NCBI GenBank assembly: GCA_051294375.1
Contig: CM119264.1
Coordinates: 25,174,051 to 25,238,050, forward strand
Direction: 5' to 3'
From: Paraspadella gotoi
Lineage: Eukaryota; Animalia; Chaetognatha
Length of the DNA: 64,000 nt
The position numbers and the translations under genes are program-made. Below the pieces are notes generated by a model that was not told the DNA's origin, did not search any database, and saw only the letters and a program-made list of their open reading frames with translations. This document shows, piece by piece, positions 1 through 12,732 of the stretch (position 1 is its first letter; each line of letters begins with the position of its first letter).

Positions 1-131
1 TTATTTATTTATTTATTTACTCCTTGTGATTTTTTTTGAATGAGACAATTTGCAATTAAGTTTGTTTTGAATTTGTCAACAAAAAGATCAGCGACCCTCC
101 TATTACAGCCCCGTTCGGCTCATGTCGGTAC

Positions 132-1992
132 CTGATAAGAGTGCGGTCCGTAATGGTACCAAGCCGAGACAAAGAGTGGATTCCTCATGAAAATCTGCAA
201 GTGTTCCATCATCTTTAAGACTCCGCCCGGCGGGCAACCCTGATAATCGAGCCGTACAGAGTAGTAGCGACCGAACTCGTCCCAGAGACGTTGCAGCATC
301 GCCCTCAAAGGGTTGGGCAGCCGCTCGGGCACGGGCGGAGGTCCTGATTCTGAAGGAACTTCGGAGATCGGGATTGGCTAGAATGATTGGGAAAAATGGA
401 AGGGAAATGGAATGGACTTATGAAAACGAAAAAAATAATATTATGAATATCATGAAAGTGATGAAACATCATGTTAACAACATGTTAATAAGGTATTGTG
501 TCAAACATCAATTTCCTGGTCCGAAAAGACTCATCTTGTCTTCTAATATTTCCCTTTTATGACAACCACCTTTTTATGCGAATTCTCATAGGAAAAAGGC
601 GAAAAAAAAGGGAAAAAGAAAAAAGGAAAAAGGAAAAAGAATATGAGAAAGATGAAGAAGACGAGAAAGTTATCGAAATTCCCCAGTTTCTCTTTCCCAA
701 TTTCATTTCGCCAAAAATGGAATAAGATTTAGGGAAAAATTGGTTTTACAATCGGTTTCCTTCTGCGCTTCTCTCTTGTCTCAATCCAAGGCTCCTTTAT
801 GTTTTATTCTTCTTTAACAGATACCAGGGATATTATTTTTTAAATTAAAAAAAGAAAAACGGGTCTGCGACTGTTTTACCTTAATGAAAAACTCAAAGAG
901 ATGGCTCTCACAAGCTCAAAAAATTGTCTTTTTCGGTTCCCCTTAAAATCTTCTCAAAATTCTTCACACGGTAAACGTTAAACCGTTCACTACAGTAACT
1001 CTTTCAGTTTTCCCTCTTTCATCTCACTAAAAAATTCCCCTCACGCAAACTGGCGTACAAGCTCTGCCCGTGTTTCTTTCCCTTTGTTTTCGTTAAACGA
1101 TTTGTTTCTACCCTAACTCACTCCTTCAAAACTCACTCTAACCCCCCCCCTGTTCTTTTTACTAACTCCATCCCCCACCCCCTGAGTCGTTTCTTGCTCG
1201 TCTCCCTTCGCTACCTTCCCCTCAGCCTTCTCCTCGCCCGCCTCCTCTCCCTCTTTCTTCTTCTCTTCCTTCTCTTCTTCCTCCTGCTCTTCCTCCTCCT
1301 CGACCCAATCCGCTTCTCCGTTCTCCGCCTTCGCCACGGCCGTCATCGTCGCCAGCGCCGCCCAGATCCCGTCAGGCGTGCGGACGTGATTGCTTCCTGT
1401 CTCGAAGGCGATGTTGCCGAACAGGCAGGCCCGACCTGGGATCGATGAGTCATAATTTATTAAAATAATTTTTAAAAAATTTATTATTAGAATAATTAAT
1501 TGATTGGATGATAATCGATCGAACGATCAAGCCTTGAGTTAATTTGATTGATCGATTGAATGCTTTATTCGTTTAATTTCTTATTGATATGACAAAGTTT
1601 TAAGGATTAGTAAAATTATTGATTACATTTGATTTATCTTAACAAAAGAGTTTACCCCCGTCAAGCAGAGCGCCGACGTGGCGCCATCCCGGCGGCGTCA
1701 CGTGACACTCCACCCGGCGCTTTGCGGCGACGGCGTCGACGGCGCGCGACGTTGTCACGCTACGCGCGAACCCCACGCGACGCGGAAGACCGGGAACGAG
1801 ATGCGCGTGCGCGGCGACGAGCGCGAAGGCGTCGCTGGGATTAATCACGTGACCCTCGGAACAGATGAGGGCGTGTCGTCGTCCGTCGGGGGAAAGACTG
1901 ACGCCAAAGTCGGCGGGAAAACGCTTCATGGCTTCGAGAAAGAGAGGAGAGGGAGGGGGGGGAATAGAATAAAGAAATAAATAGAATAAATA

Positions 1993-2080
<88 letters not shown>

Positions 2081-5000
2081 GAGAAAGAAAAAATTGGAAG
2101 AAAGACAGCAAGAAAGAAAGAAATAAAGAAAAAATACAGAAATAGAGTTCAAAGGTTAACCGATGACTTAAGTGATGTAAAGCCGAGCGAAGAAAAAAAA
2201 TTAGGAATTGGGAAAAGGAAGTAAAATGAGATAAAATGGACATAGAAAAAAAAACATCCCTCTCTCACACACAGACAACAATTTATATTAGGGGTAAACC
2301 CTCAAAATTTGTATAAGTCTCCAACTTGTTGGTAAAATGAAATAAAATAGAGTTTTGATAATGGCTACAACGTATACCGAAGGCTTCTTATCATAAAAAT
2401 ACTTCCCTTTTATTTTTACTATTTAGTATACAATAGTAATAAAGACATCATCAACAACAACAACAACAACAACAACAACAACCTGCGACGATCTCCGCGA
2501 CGTCGCCGACTTCTCCTTCTCTCTTCCTCCATCCCTTCACTCGGACCAAACACTCCTCCCCCATCCCCAACTCCTGCACGAACACTCTTCTCACGTACAT
2601 CTCCAACACTCCGCCGCCGACGCCGAACACCACTCGGCGCGGGTAGCGTCTGCGGGAGGGATAAAGGCAAGATCCTTGATTTGGTTGTAACTTATTCGCA
2701 TCATCGAAAAATCAGGATCCCATCATAGGAATGTCTGGGAATACAAAAGATGAAATCGAATGGAATCGCATGAAACCGGATCAAAGACTCGGGAAGAAAT
2801 CTCCGAAATGGAATTAAGCTTTCTGATTGTTCCTGTACCAATTTATTCTGTCAAAAAATTGACACCGTCTTCTTGTCTATTTTCTGTAAAAAATGCTTTT
2901 AAAAATTTAAATATTTCATACCAAAAAATATATTTCAATTAGCCGAATTTAACCGTCAAGTTAAAATTATTTTCAAACCGTTAATAACCGTTAACGGTTA
3001 ACGGTTTTCCTAACACTAATACCGACCGAGCCCATTCCAACCTTTTCGGACCAACCCCCTCTTCCCTTCCCCCACTCCTCTTCCTGACCAACCCCCTCTT
3101 CCTACCCCCACCCTCTTTCCTGACCAACCTCCTCTTACCTACCCCCCACCCCTCTTCCTGACCAACCCCTCTTCCCTACCCCACCCCTCTTTCGTGACCA
3201 ACCCCCTCTTCCCTACCCCCCACCCTCTTTCCCCCCGACCTGGCCCATTCGGCGATGTAATCGAAGTCGAAGACCCCTTCACCTGGCGACGAATCCCTCA
3301 ATCGGGTCGATGATCTCGTAGACGAAGTTGCGACCGTCTACATAGGTGGCGGAGGTGCTGGGGTAGTTGAAGACGGACGCGGCGAAGTCGGTACATTCGT
3401 GGAATCTGAAATGGAGTGGAGGGGGGTGGGTTGAGTTTTTTTGGGGGGTTGGGGGAGTTCTCCGAGAAAAATCTTTATAACGCGAGCGAGAATTTTGCGA
3501 CATGATGGAAAACATAAGTCAAGTACTTTTCTATCAGGAATAAAAATAAAATTTACAACGCGATAGCTTTTCGTTTTGTTTAAACATAATTAAAGTTCTT
3601 TCGTATCACTCCCGATTGAAGTCTCTTTAACACTCCATTCGTTCGGCCGCATTTCACAATTGACACACTTGGTGATGTATCGCGTCTTCTTGAAGAGAAC
3701 TTTGTTGAAATCGTCCGACGTCAATCCTCCGGTCGCGTCGAAGGCTTGAACGCCAAACTCCTCCTCCTCCTCATCCTCCTCCTCATCGACCTCCTCGTTT
3801 TCTCGAGAGAGCCTTCCCGCGTCGCCGGCCAGATAGAACCCACCCGCGGCGCCCACGTCCCGAATGACGCCGGAGAGCGCCGGTGCCGAGAAACGCGCGT
3901 CGACGCCGACGACGACGTGCGAGACGCCGTTTCCAGCCGCGATACGCAAAACGATCCGCGCGACGCGAGTCGCCAACGCCGATCCGTCGCCGCCGATGAC
4001 GAAGGTGGAACCGGAAACCGAAAAAAGGGGGAGGCGGAAAATGGGGGAAAGGGAGTTGTGGAAACGATCGTTGAAGGAGGAGGAGTTTGGCAATGAAGGC
4101 GGAACGATTTACAGGGTTGTGTAGGGAAGTGTGAAAATTAGAAATTTCGACTACTTAAAGATTTTAGAATTTGTAAATGTAAATGTAAATGACACCACGA
4201 CAGAGAGGACGAGGGTTAAAGAACCTCGTTTACCAGATGGTGCTACAGTGAGTTTCAAAGAATTCAGAATCGCAGTCCGTGTTGTAACAGGAAGTCTCCC
4301 AGGACATCGAATATCGCATTATCCAACATCTCACAACATCAAAAACGACGCCAGGAAATATAATCTCACAGACGCCAAAACAGAAGAACCCCAGGTTTTT
4401 TTTTCGCGCCTACGCCTCCCATTGGGCGTGGCTTCCGATCGGCGCCGAATTACGACGCAGGGCTTCGATGTTTATTCAGCGGGAGGCGTTTATGTCGGTC
4501 GTCAATGGAAACGAAACGAAAAGGAGAGAAAACCCGAAATAATTCGGGACCGAAAAACTCCAGTAGACGTGACGAAGAATGAGGATAAAAGAGGGAGAAC
4601 AATGGAAGAACGAGGAAAAGAACATTGGGAAATAAGAGAAAAAGCACAACCAGAAATATTAGGAAACAACGGGATAAAATTAAGAACGCAAGAAACTGAA
4701 CGAAAAAGTGGGATAAAGGAATGTGCCCAAGAAAAAAAGGCAAAGACGAAGCAAGCAAGAAAACATAAACCCCCCAAAAATATGGTTTTGGTGACCTTAA
4801 TTTCATGAAAATTTGCTATGCAAAAGGGTAAAAAATATATTTATTAAAAATACAACCGTAAGGAAATTTAAAATTTGGAAAAATCTAAAGGAAATTTGTT
4901 TCATATTTTTATGTATTTCGATTACAAACATCGATTCCAAAAAAACGACCAAACCCAACGCTTTAAATAAACCAAAGATAAAAGAAGGTTCGCTTATTGA

Positions 5001-5577
5001 ATTCGTCAAAAGCCCTACACAAAATATCTAATGTATAGTAGTACTTTTTTTTTCTCAATCGAAATTGAGAATTTCACTCATAAACATAAACGAGAGCCAT
5101 AAGAGGTTCGTGATTGGTTCCTACGTAGAATCGATTAATCATAAGCGTCATGAACGAGACCCTCAACGTCTCACGGCAAAAAACTGTGAATCCAGGCGTG
5201 AAGATCTGAGTGACCCTCAGAATTGCTAAAGTTCCTGCCATAAAAAGAATTCTTTTCGCGGTCCGGTAAAAGGAGAAGTTTTATTCAGGTCGTCGTTGTC
5301 TAAGTCCTTCTCTTTTCAAAATAATACTAGTATACTAGTATTAATATAGTAAATAGAAATATTATTTAACTTATGCTCCTTTCACTAAGTAATACTCATA
5401 CTACAAACCTTACCACTATAAACCCACCTCTCTCACCTTAGTCCCTGTGGCGACGAAAGCGTCGAACACAGACTGGATGTAGTTTTCGGTGAATCTCTTC
5501 CGCGAATATTCAGACTTGGGCTGAAAAAGGCCCAGCCGTCCGGGCTCTTGGTTGAGGTACTCGTCGGTGCTGACCAC
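132..5577 (-). CDS. Phosphoglucomutase (PGM1/PGM5 family, alpha-D-phosphohexomutase fold)-like protein, multi-exon, 3' end beyond the window; active-site motifs degenerate
   Basis: Exons in transcript order: 5577-5437 (VVSTDEYLNQEPGRLGLF...TENYIQSVF), 4018-3669 (STFVIGGDG...IAAGNGV...FSAPALSGVIR), 3405-3240 (EIIDPIEG...VFDF, with a net 1-nt frame break), 2649-2483 (GVLEMYVRRVFVQELG), 1931-1656 (DFG...INPSDAFALVA...GFARSVTTSRAVD...TPPGW), 1435-1179 (TGSNHVRTPDGIWA), 377-132 (LWDEFGRYYSVRLDY). These are colinear with recalled human PGM1 motifs and the intron phases are compatible. Start exon not identified. Confidence 0.85.
1991..2080. repeat. (GAAA)n microsatellite
   Basis: Read directly. Confidence 0.95.
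2941..3018. mobile_element. One-ended fragment related to the hAT element terminus
   Basis: CCGAATTTAACCGT...AAGTTAAAATTATTTT...GTTAACGGTTA closely matches 18843-18916; ends in ...ACACTA. No partner end found. Confidence 0.55.
3048..3236. repeat. About 33-bp C-rich minisatellite (GACCAACCCCTCTTCCCTACCCCCACCCTCTTT) in a PGM-like intron
   Basis: About 5-6 imperfect units read directly. Confidence 0.8.
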
Positions 5578-8500
5578 CTTCACGGAGTAGAGGATGGGGG
5601 GAGCCGGCCGGGCCTCTGAGGGGGGCGGGGTGGGAGACCAGTTGGGTAGAGACTACAAGCCGGATTGTTTCTTTTGATGCTAGAAAACATGGCTTCGGAT
5701 GGTAGAACTTTATGTTTAAATAAATGAAACCTATAACTGTGTATGGTATTAATAAATAACATTAGAAAAAAATCAGATAAAGTTTTATCAAGTTTTTTAC
5801 AAGTTTCTTTTTAGCTGAATTTTCTAATTTCGATTGAAATGGGTTAAAAAAAAAAGCTTATTCAAAATGACACATTGTTATTAAGACGAATCGAGGGCGA
5901 AAAAGAACTCGTGACGTTCGAAGAAAAACTTGTCACGATCTTGTCACGATCGTTGAAGCTTCGAGTGACAAGTTTGAGACGCGCGGCGCGCCGAACACTT
6001 TTGGCATCTGTCAATTTCTCTATATTTTTTTTATTTCGTGACAACATTATTATTTGTTTAAATTATTCAACAGGGTTGTTTGTTTTTTTTTTTTAATTTT
6101 AATCTTCAATTAAAAAAAAATAATTCTTCAGAGGTTAAATATTGACGACAAATAACACAGAACGTGATGTAAATACTACGAATAGTAAAATATAATTAAT
6201 ATCAATTCCTATTTCCCATCTGATTCCATCAATTCCTTTTAAAAGTAAGTTTGAACTTACCGCGCGATTTATTTCGAAGTACAGACATCCTTTCCTTTTT
6301 TTTGGTAATTTTCTTTATTATTTTATTATTTTAAAGGCGAAGCGTATTTTTAAGCTAGAAAAAAAAAGATTTTTGAAAAAAAAAATGTTGAATTTTACAG
6401 AAAGGCGAAATGTTAAGTATCTAGGTACGAACTGATTTTAAAAAAAGGACGAACTGACGGAATTCAGTTCGAGAGTAACTAGGAAACACAGTGATAAAAT
6501 TACAAAGGTAATACAAAAACACTTATTATTTAAGCAATAAGTCCATAAAAAAATAGTAAAAACAAACCTGAACATTTCGTCAGTGGCGCCGTGGGCGTCC
6601 GTCCATCGAATCCTTAATTTCTTTTCGCCGCCAAATAAATATTTTTCTTGAAAATTTGTTTTCTTTCCCGTTCACCAATGAGACGTGGGTATTTGGGGAG
6701 GGGGGTAAGGGGGTAAGAGAATGGGGGACAGGGGAGAATAGAAAAATGGGGGAAAAGGCGATGCGGGAGAAAAAGCGGGGGAGATACTTCGGGTAGAAAA
6801 AAAAAATTACGAAAGCAAATAAATGCGTTTAATTTCATATCGAAATTGTTTTATTTTTTTCAATTTCCGAATTTTCTCTCCCTTTTTTTTTCGGATTTGG
6901 TGTCGTTATCCCTGGGGATTCCTCCTCCTCCTCCTCCTCCTCCTCCTCCTTCTCCTTCATTTCTTTTAACCCTGTCTCTTCTTCCTCTTCCTTTCCCCTA
7001 TACCTCCAACGAACTTCTCATTATCTTCCTCCTCCTCTTTTCCTCGTCATCTTCCTCATTTTCTTTTTTTTTTCCGCCAAGAATCGGAAAACAAGTTATT
7101 CTCTCTTTTCGTTTCTCATAAATCCAAGCGACCATCTTGTTTCCGCTTCTTGTTTTCTATTTTGTTGTTTTTTTTTCGACGATGTTTATCCGTTTATTGC
7201 ATCCACGCGATAATCATTGTACTCGAGAGAATTTTCGTGGAACCAGAATTTAAGAGATTTGCTTTCGTTTCGCTGAATGAAAATTACGAACTTTCTGACG
7301 ATTTCATCAAATTTCTCCGCATATTTTTGGGGGTAAGTTTATTTGTTCGAAAAACTTTTAATTTCTAACTAATTGACAAGAGCCACTTCTCGTCTTCTAC
7401 TGTAGTCTGTAATATATAATACGTAGTAATATGTATCGTTAATATTTCAACTCTTCATAATTAATTCAACCGATTATTACGAAGTTTTGATTTTCATCAT
7501 GCGCAGATTATAAAGGATGTAAAAATAGTATTTTTACAATTACAATTACATTTAAAATTAATACATTTAAAACTAAAATCAGTTTTAATCATCGTATTCC
7601 ATTATTTTTTTTTCATTTCGAGTTTTTGAATTTTTAGAATATATATTTTTTTCCCCTTTTTTTTATGTTCAATGCTTTTGTTTTTGTAGTAATTCTTATA
7701 TTTTCACGTTGAAGACTCTCGAAATTAACGTTGTGTAATTGATAACTGATTTTTGACAAGTTATTTCTGGTGAAATTTTTATTTCCTTCACTGCAGTGAT
7801 GACGATAAGAATGAGAACGACGATAACAACGACGACGACGATGACGACGACGAAAACGACGGCAAGGGAACCGTAAAAATAATCCAGAGCCCGTCCGCTA
7901 TCCAGAGTTTTGATATCAGGGCCAGGGACCTTTAATCATTCATCCTTTTTTTCAAATGAGCAAATTCTGTTTTGGGAAAAGAAAAATTTTTGGTGAAACG
8001 CGATCCCTACTGTCTGTTCAAGTTTTAGCATCTTCTTCTTTTTCGAGTTTTAATAAAGATTAAAAACAGACCACCTACCGATATTGAAAGCTAAATATTT
8101 CCGATCCTCTTTGCGAGCCATTTTTTTCTCGTTTTTAATTTGAACATGTTAAGAATAATTGAACAAAATAAAAAAGGGAGACTCCATAAATCGTTTCCCC
8201 CTCACTTTGGCATCTTTGTTTAAAGACAACCAACGAGGTCTCTGGCCATTGGGTCTGAGCCAAATGGAGACCCAAAAATGGAACCGAATGGAATCATTAT
8301 CGACGCAGTTATGAGTTCGTTTTTGTTGTCAAACTAAAACTCTTAGTACATATTCTTTAAATGCGTATTGTCGACTGTCCAATTTTCCATGGTCTCCATT
8401 TTCCAAATGTATATTCTATTTGTATAATTAACGTATATTCTCACAGTTATCTTTGTTCAATATTCACCGTGGGAGTAGATTTCTAACCCTCATTGATCTT

Positions 8501-9304
8501 TCCGGTTCTTTTTTCCTTTTTTTTTAGTGACAAGGAAAAGATAAGAATTTGGTCGTCGAGTGGCTCCACTTTCCGATTCTAATTACGAATAATGGAAGAT
8601 AAGAATTTGGTTCGGGTGGCGGGGTGAATCTCGTGAAGGGGCAAGAAAATCAAAGGAGGGGTGGGTGATCTTTTTGAAATAAGTCTGCAAGAAATGGGAG
8701 AAATCCTTGGTTGCAAGGAGTAGCGGGAAAAGCTCGATATATTGAAATTCATTTATGCAATATCGTTTTTATCTTGATTCTCAATTTCTTAGAATTTTAA
8801 ACAAGGCTCTCTTCCTTCTTTCAAATTTCGGTTTTCAGGAATAGAAGCACAGTGCATCAGCGCGTACTATCAGCATGTAATTTCTATTGCGATTCCCGAA
8901 GCGGCTTCGGCACAATGATTTTCCGCAAACGAATTTTCTGTAATCGTTTCTCACAGTGAGATCCGACAACCGTTTTTTATCCAATGAGAACAAAACGGAA
9001 AATGTCAGAGACCGGATTTCGTGAAAAACGACCCGCAAAAGAGAAACTTGGAGGCACGCCCATATTTTTATCATGTTAAAATTGTTTTTACTAATTCGTA
9101 ACAATTATTATTTATTTTAAAAAAGCTGGAAGCACGGAAATCATGTCGAGCAGGTTTTTTTTTTAAACTAAAGCGGACGCCTGATTAACCATAGGAAAAA
9201 TCAATGAAGCCATCGCGATAGCAGCAGTGATGAGCGGTTAACCAAACCACTAAAACTTAAAATACTTCATAAATATATATATTATTTATTTACTTAAATT
9301 CCTT

Positions 9305-9389
<85 letters not shown>

Positions 9390-12164
9390 CTCGCATCGCT
9401 CCCGTCGCTAAAATTCACTTTCCCTTCTCTGGACACGTGAAGAATCACGCGTGTCAAACCTCGGTGATCCCGTCCTAACTCCTTTCCTCCGGTTCCTCTT
9501 CTCTCTTCCCCTCTCCCTCCTCACTCTTTTTTCTCGTCAATTTCATCCCCTCCCTTTTGTCAAGTTTTACCCCCCCCGGGAGTCCCGTATGTAATCTGCG
9601 AAGATTGACCTCTCCTTGGGCGTGTGACCCGGATGTAGCATGGAGGTACAATCCGATGGTCAGGAGGAATGAAACAAATGAACGTGACGCGTGACCGGGC
9701 GACGTGGACTGAAAATACAAAGAACTTGCCGCTTAGCTAACTCATCTTTTAACTGAAATCGTACTTATATACTTACGCTACTAAAAGTTTAGGAAAATTA
9801 AAATTATTACGTGTTGGTAACTTGCTTTATAAAAAACTAGCCGTCGCATCATGCGGTCTACAAATTTGTTTGTTTGGTTTAAATTCATGTTTTTTGGCTT
9901 GTTTGTTTGTTTATTTTGCTAGCGTCAGAACCGCGAGCTTCATCAGGTTTGACCAATGTTTGACCAATGAAGGACTCGTTACGAAAAATCCCATGACTTA
10001 TGCGGTTAATGGCCCCTTTTGACGTGAGCTTCGATTAAGCTCCGTGCGACGTGGGCGTGGACTAATAGATGTCGTTTCGTTCGTCACTCATGGTTTAATA
10101 ACCGGTCATAAATCTACGTTATATATCGCGCCTAATTCAGTTTAGTTTCACTTTATATCAGTTGGTAAATGATACAGTGTTTTCCATTGAGATTTTTTGT
10201 CCTGATTTAAGAAGTTTCCTTTGATGTGACGCTTATAAGAAGTGATACATTTGTGTTCTGTTACAGTTTTTCTAGGGTTTTCTATTACAATTTTCTTAAC
10301 CTTCCTTTAATTCCCTATCACTTGGTAAAATCTCTTAAAATTACTTATTTTTCTTTTTTTTTCTAATATAAATAAATAAGTATAGTAAATTAGCTGCGTT
10401 TTCCTATCTTAGGTTGACATTTTTCAAATTTATGACTATTTTTCTATTCATGTGATAAATTCTAGTATTTGTCGTCGTGCAGTTGTATTATGTATTTAAA
10501 TATTGACTACGAGCTCATAAATCGTCATTTCTACCCCTAAATGGGCATCAAATCCGGCCGTAATTCCCGCTTCTTAAATCCCCTCCTCATTACCTCGACT
10601 TCGGTGGCCATGATGTTTTCGGTTCATGCGTTCGTCTCCTCGTTTAGTCAGTGACGCGGGAACTCAAACTAGTTGACCCTCGAATATTTTTTCATGAGAG
10701 TTGGCGTCGAAGTCATCGTTTGTATTCAAACGACGATCATAACGACGACGATGACGACGAAAATGACGACTTCGTGGCGTCATGCTGACGGGAGGTTTTT
10801 TTCACGCCTTACGTCTTTCCAAACTGGAATTCCACAAAGAGAAAAAAAATGTTAAGAACTTATTTTCTTAGAGCTTTTTGTGTTTGTTGATGTTGGTTGG
10901 ATGAACAAAATGCAAAATGCAAAATTAGACTTCTTGGGCTTCAAAAAATTGTGTAGTTATTAAAAAAAATAGTGAGAAAAATAATGCACAGAATCGTTTG
11001 CTCGCTACCTGCAAACATGTCAACATATAAAGTTGATATAGCATATAAACAATAACGAAAAATGCTCGAGTGTTCGATTTCCCCAAAAATCGACGGCGCA
11101 AAAAAAGAAAGAAAAAAGAAAAAGGCTCGAACAAACGAAGAAACTCCCGGCAGATGTTCATCGTCGCGGGAAACGACAAACACGGGAGGCGCCCTCGGTC
11201 CTCCGACTGATACACAAACAAAAGAGCAGTCGGCGGACAAGAAAAGGAAAACAAAAGGCCGCTTTTGTTTTTTCACCGACCGCAGCGGGCGGGGTTGAAA
11301 AATAAAGAGTAAAAGATGATGTTTTCTCAGCGCGAAATTCGAGGCCGGAGGGGGGGGGAGGAGGCTGCGGTGGGGAGAGTAGAACCGGGCGGGCGGTCGG
11401 GGTGAGTGTCGGCCGGGTTTAAGGAAAGGTGTAGGGTTTAATTGTAGTTTGTGTTAAGATGTGATAGTTTATCGAGTGGTGGATTGTCTTCTGGGCTCGT
11501 AGACTCGTTGTTAAGCCGTTGTGTAAAGAACAAGAACAAGAAATCTATTTTGGTCAAGAGTTGAAGCAAAGTGTGACTGTGAGAGTCACAGAAAGTGGTT
11601 TCACGGTTTCGCTTTGTTATCTTCGTTGTTGGTAAGAGTTCCTAGGTTCGAACTATGTCGATCGAGATTGCCGATATCAATAAATAAATAATAAATATAT
11701 TAAGTCTCAAAAGAAATTCTTTTGATGAAAAAAGGTTTTCGTGATCAACCTGCGGTGAAATGGAGTGTTCATTTCTTTTCAATATTTTATTAAGTAAAAG
11801 CTGAAAGTTCCTTAATTCTACTACTCTTAAAGAATGCTATTTAAAAAAAATTTTAAATGAGGGTTTTCCTTAAAGAAAAAATTTAATCTGTCAAATCAAA
11901 AATGAGTTCTACCTCCGTTAAATTTATTTTCTTTCTTTTTTATAACCTTTGGGCGCTCTCTTTCTTTTTCTTCTATTTTCTCTCACTCTGTCTCTGTTTC
12001 TCTCTCTGTCTCCGTCTCTGTCGCTCTCCTCGGCCATCAAACCGGAGTCACACAGGCATCGAGTTTGTACTAAAACCGAATCGAGTTCGACAAAAAAATA
12101 GTCGGTTAACGATTTCAGAGAAGAATTTAAGGGTTTTAACAACTTTTGGCCACTTGGGGACATT

Positions 12165-12167
<3 letters not shown>

Positions 12168-12254
<87 letters not shown>
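12168..12254. repeat. (CT)n microsatellite (similar tracts at about 9307-9390, 14207-14260, 15024-15133, 21913-21982, 40666-40780, 55680-55753)
   Basis: Read directly. Confidence 0.95.
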
Positions 12255-12257
<3 letters not shown>

Positions 12258-12732
12258 CTCCGTTCAGACTTCACTATTCTCTTCACATCACCAAAGTACG
12301 TATTCACCCGAAATTTATTCTTTTTAATCCTCATTTCTTACTTGTCTTTATTTGAATTTATGTGATATAGAACTTGTCATTAAACTTTTAAACTTTTTTT
12401 AAAATTATTTTCTTTTATACTATAATTTTTACTACAATTTTTTATCATTTTTTTTTGTTCACTTTTTAATTTTTTTTTAGAAAAATTGAGAATCAAAAAA
12501 ATACTTCATATCTCAGTTATTTTTTTTTCTTAAAAAAAAGATAAAATATTCTTGGGAGAGGAAGGAAAACAATTGAGATGCTAAAGAGACGATGCTTTGA
12601 GTTATACGTTAGATAAATTTACCTGCGCGCTCATCGTTTCAGGTTATCGCAGAGTGAGACAGAGACATCGGTGGCGACCGAGACATAGATGGCGTTGAAT
12701 TATCGTCTTTAGACCGGAGAAATAAATTCAAG

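Noticed and set aside
3270-3290. Frameshift and TGA in a PGM-like exon, suggesting a pseudogene
   Set aside because: Adding one base to each of two homopolymers (CC to CCC, GGGG to GGGGG) restores FVAQVKGVFDF. This is typical long-read error, and the remaining exons are intact. Not proven.
4131-4808. 225-aa plus-strand ORF
   Set aside because: Lies antisense within a PGM-like intron, is A-rich and Lys/Glu-biased, and has no recognisable motif.
6258-6612. Candidate upstream exons of the PGM-like gene (donor-like sites near 6260 and 6567)
   Set aside because: No unambiguous start or phase-consistent model, and no homology to anchor it.
11902-12355. ORFs with SLSL/RERE runs (also near 15012, 21829, 40624, 45562, 55791)
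   Set aside because: Translations of microsatellites and low-complexity tracts.
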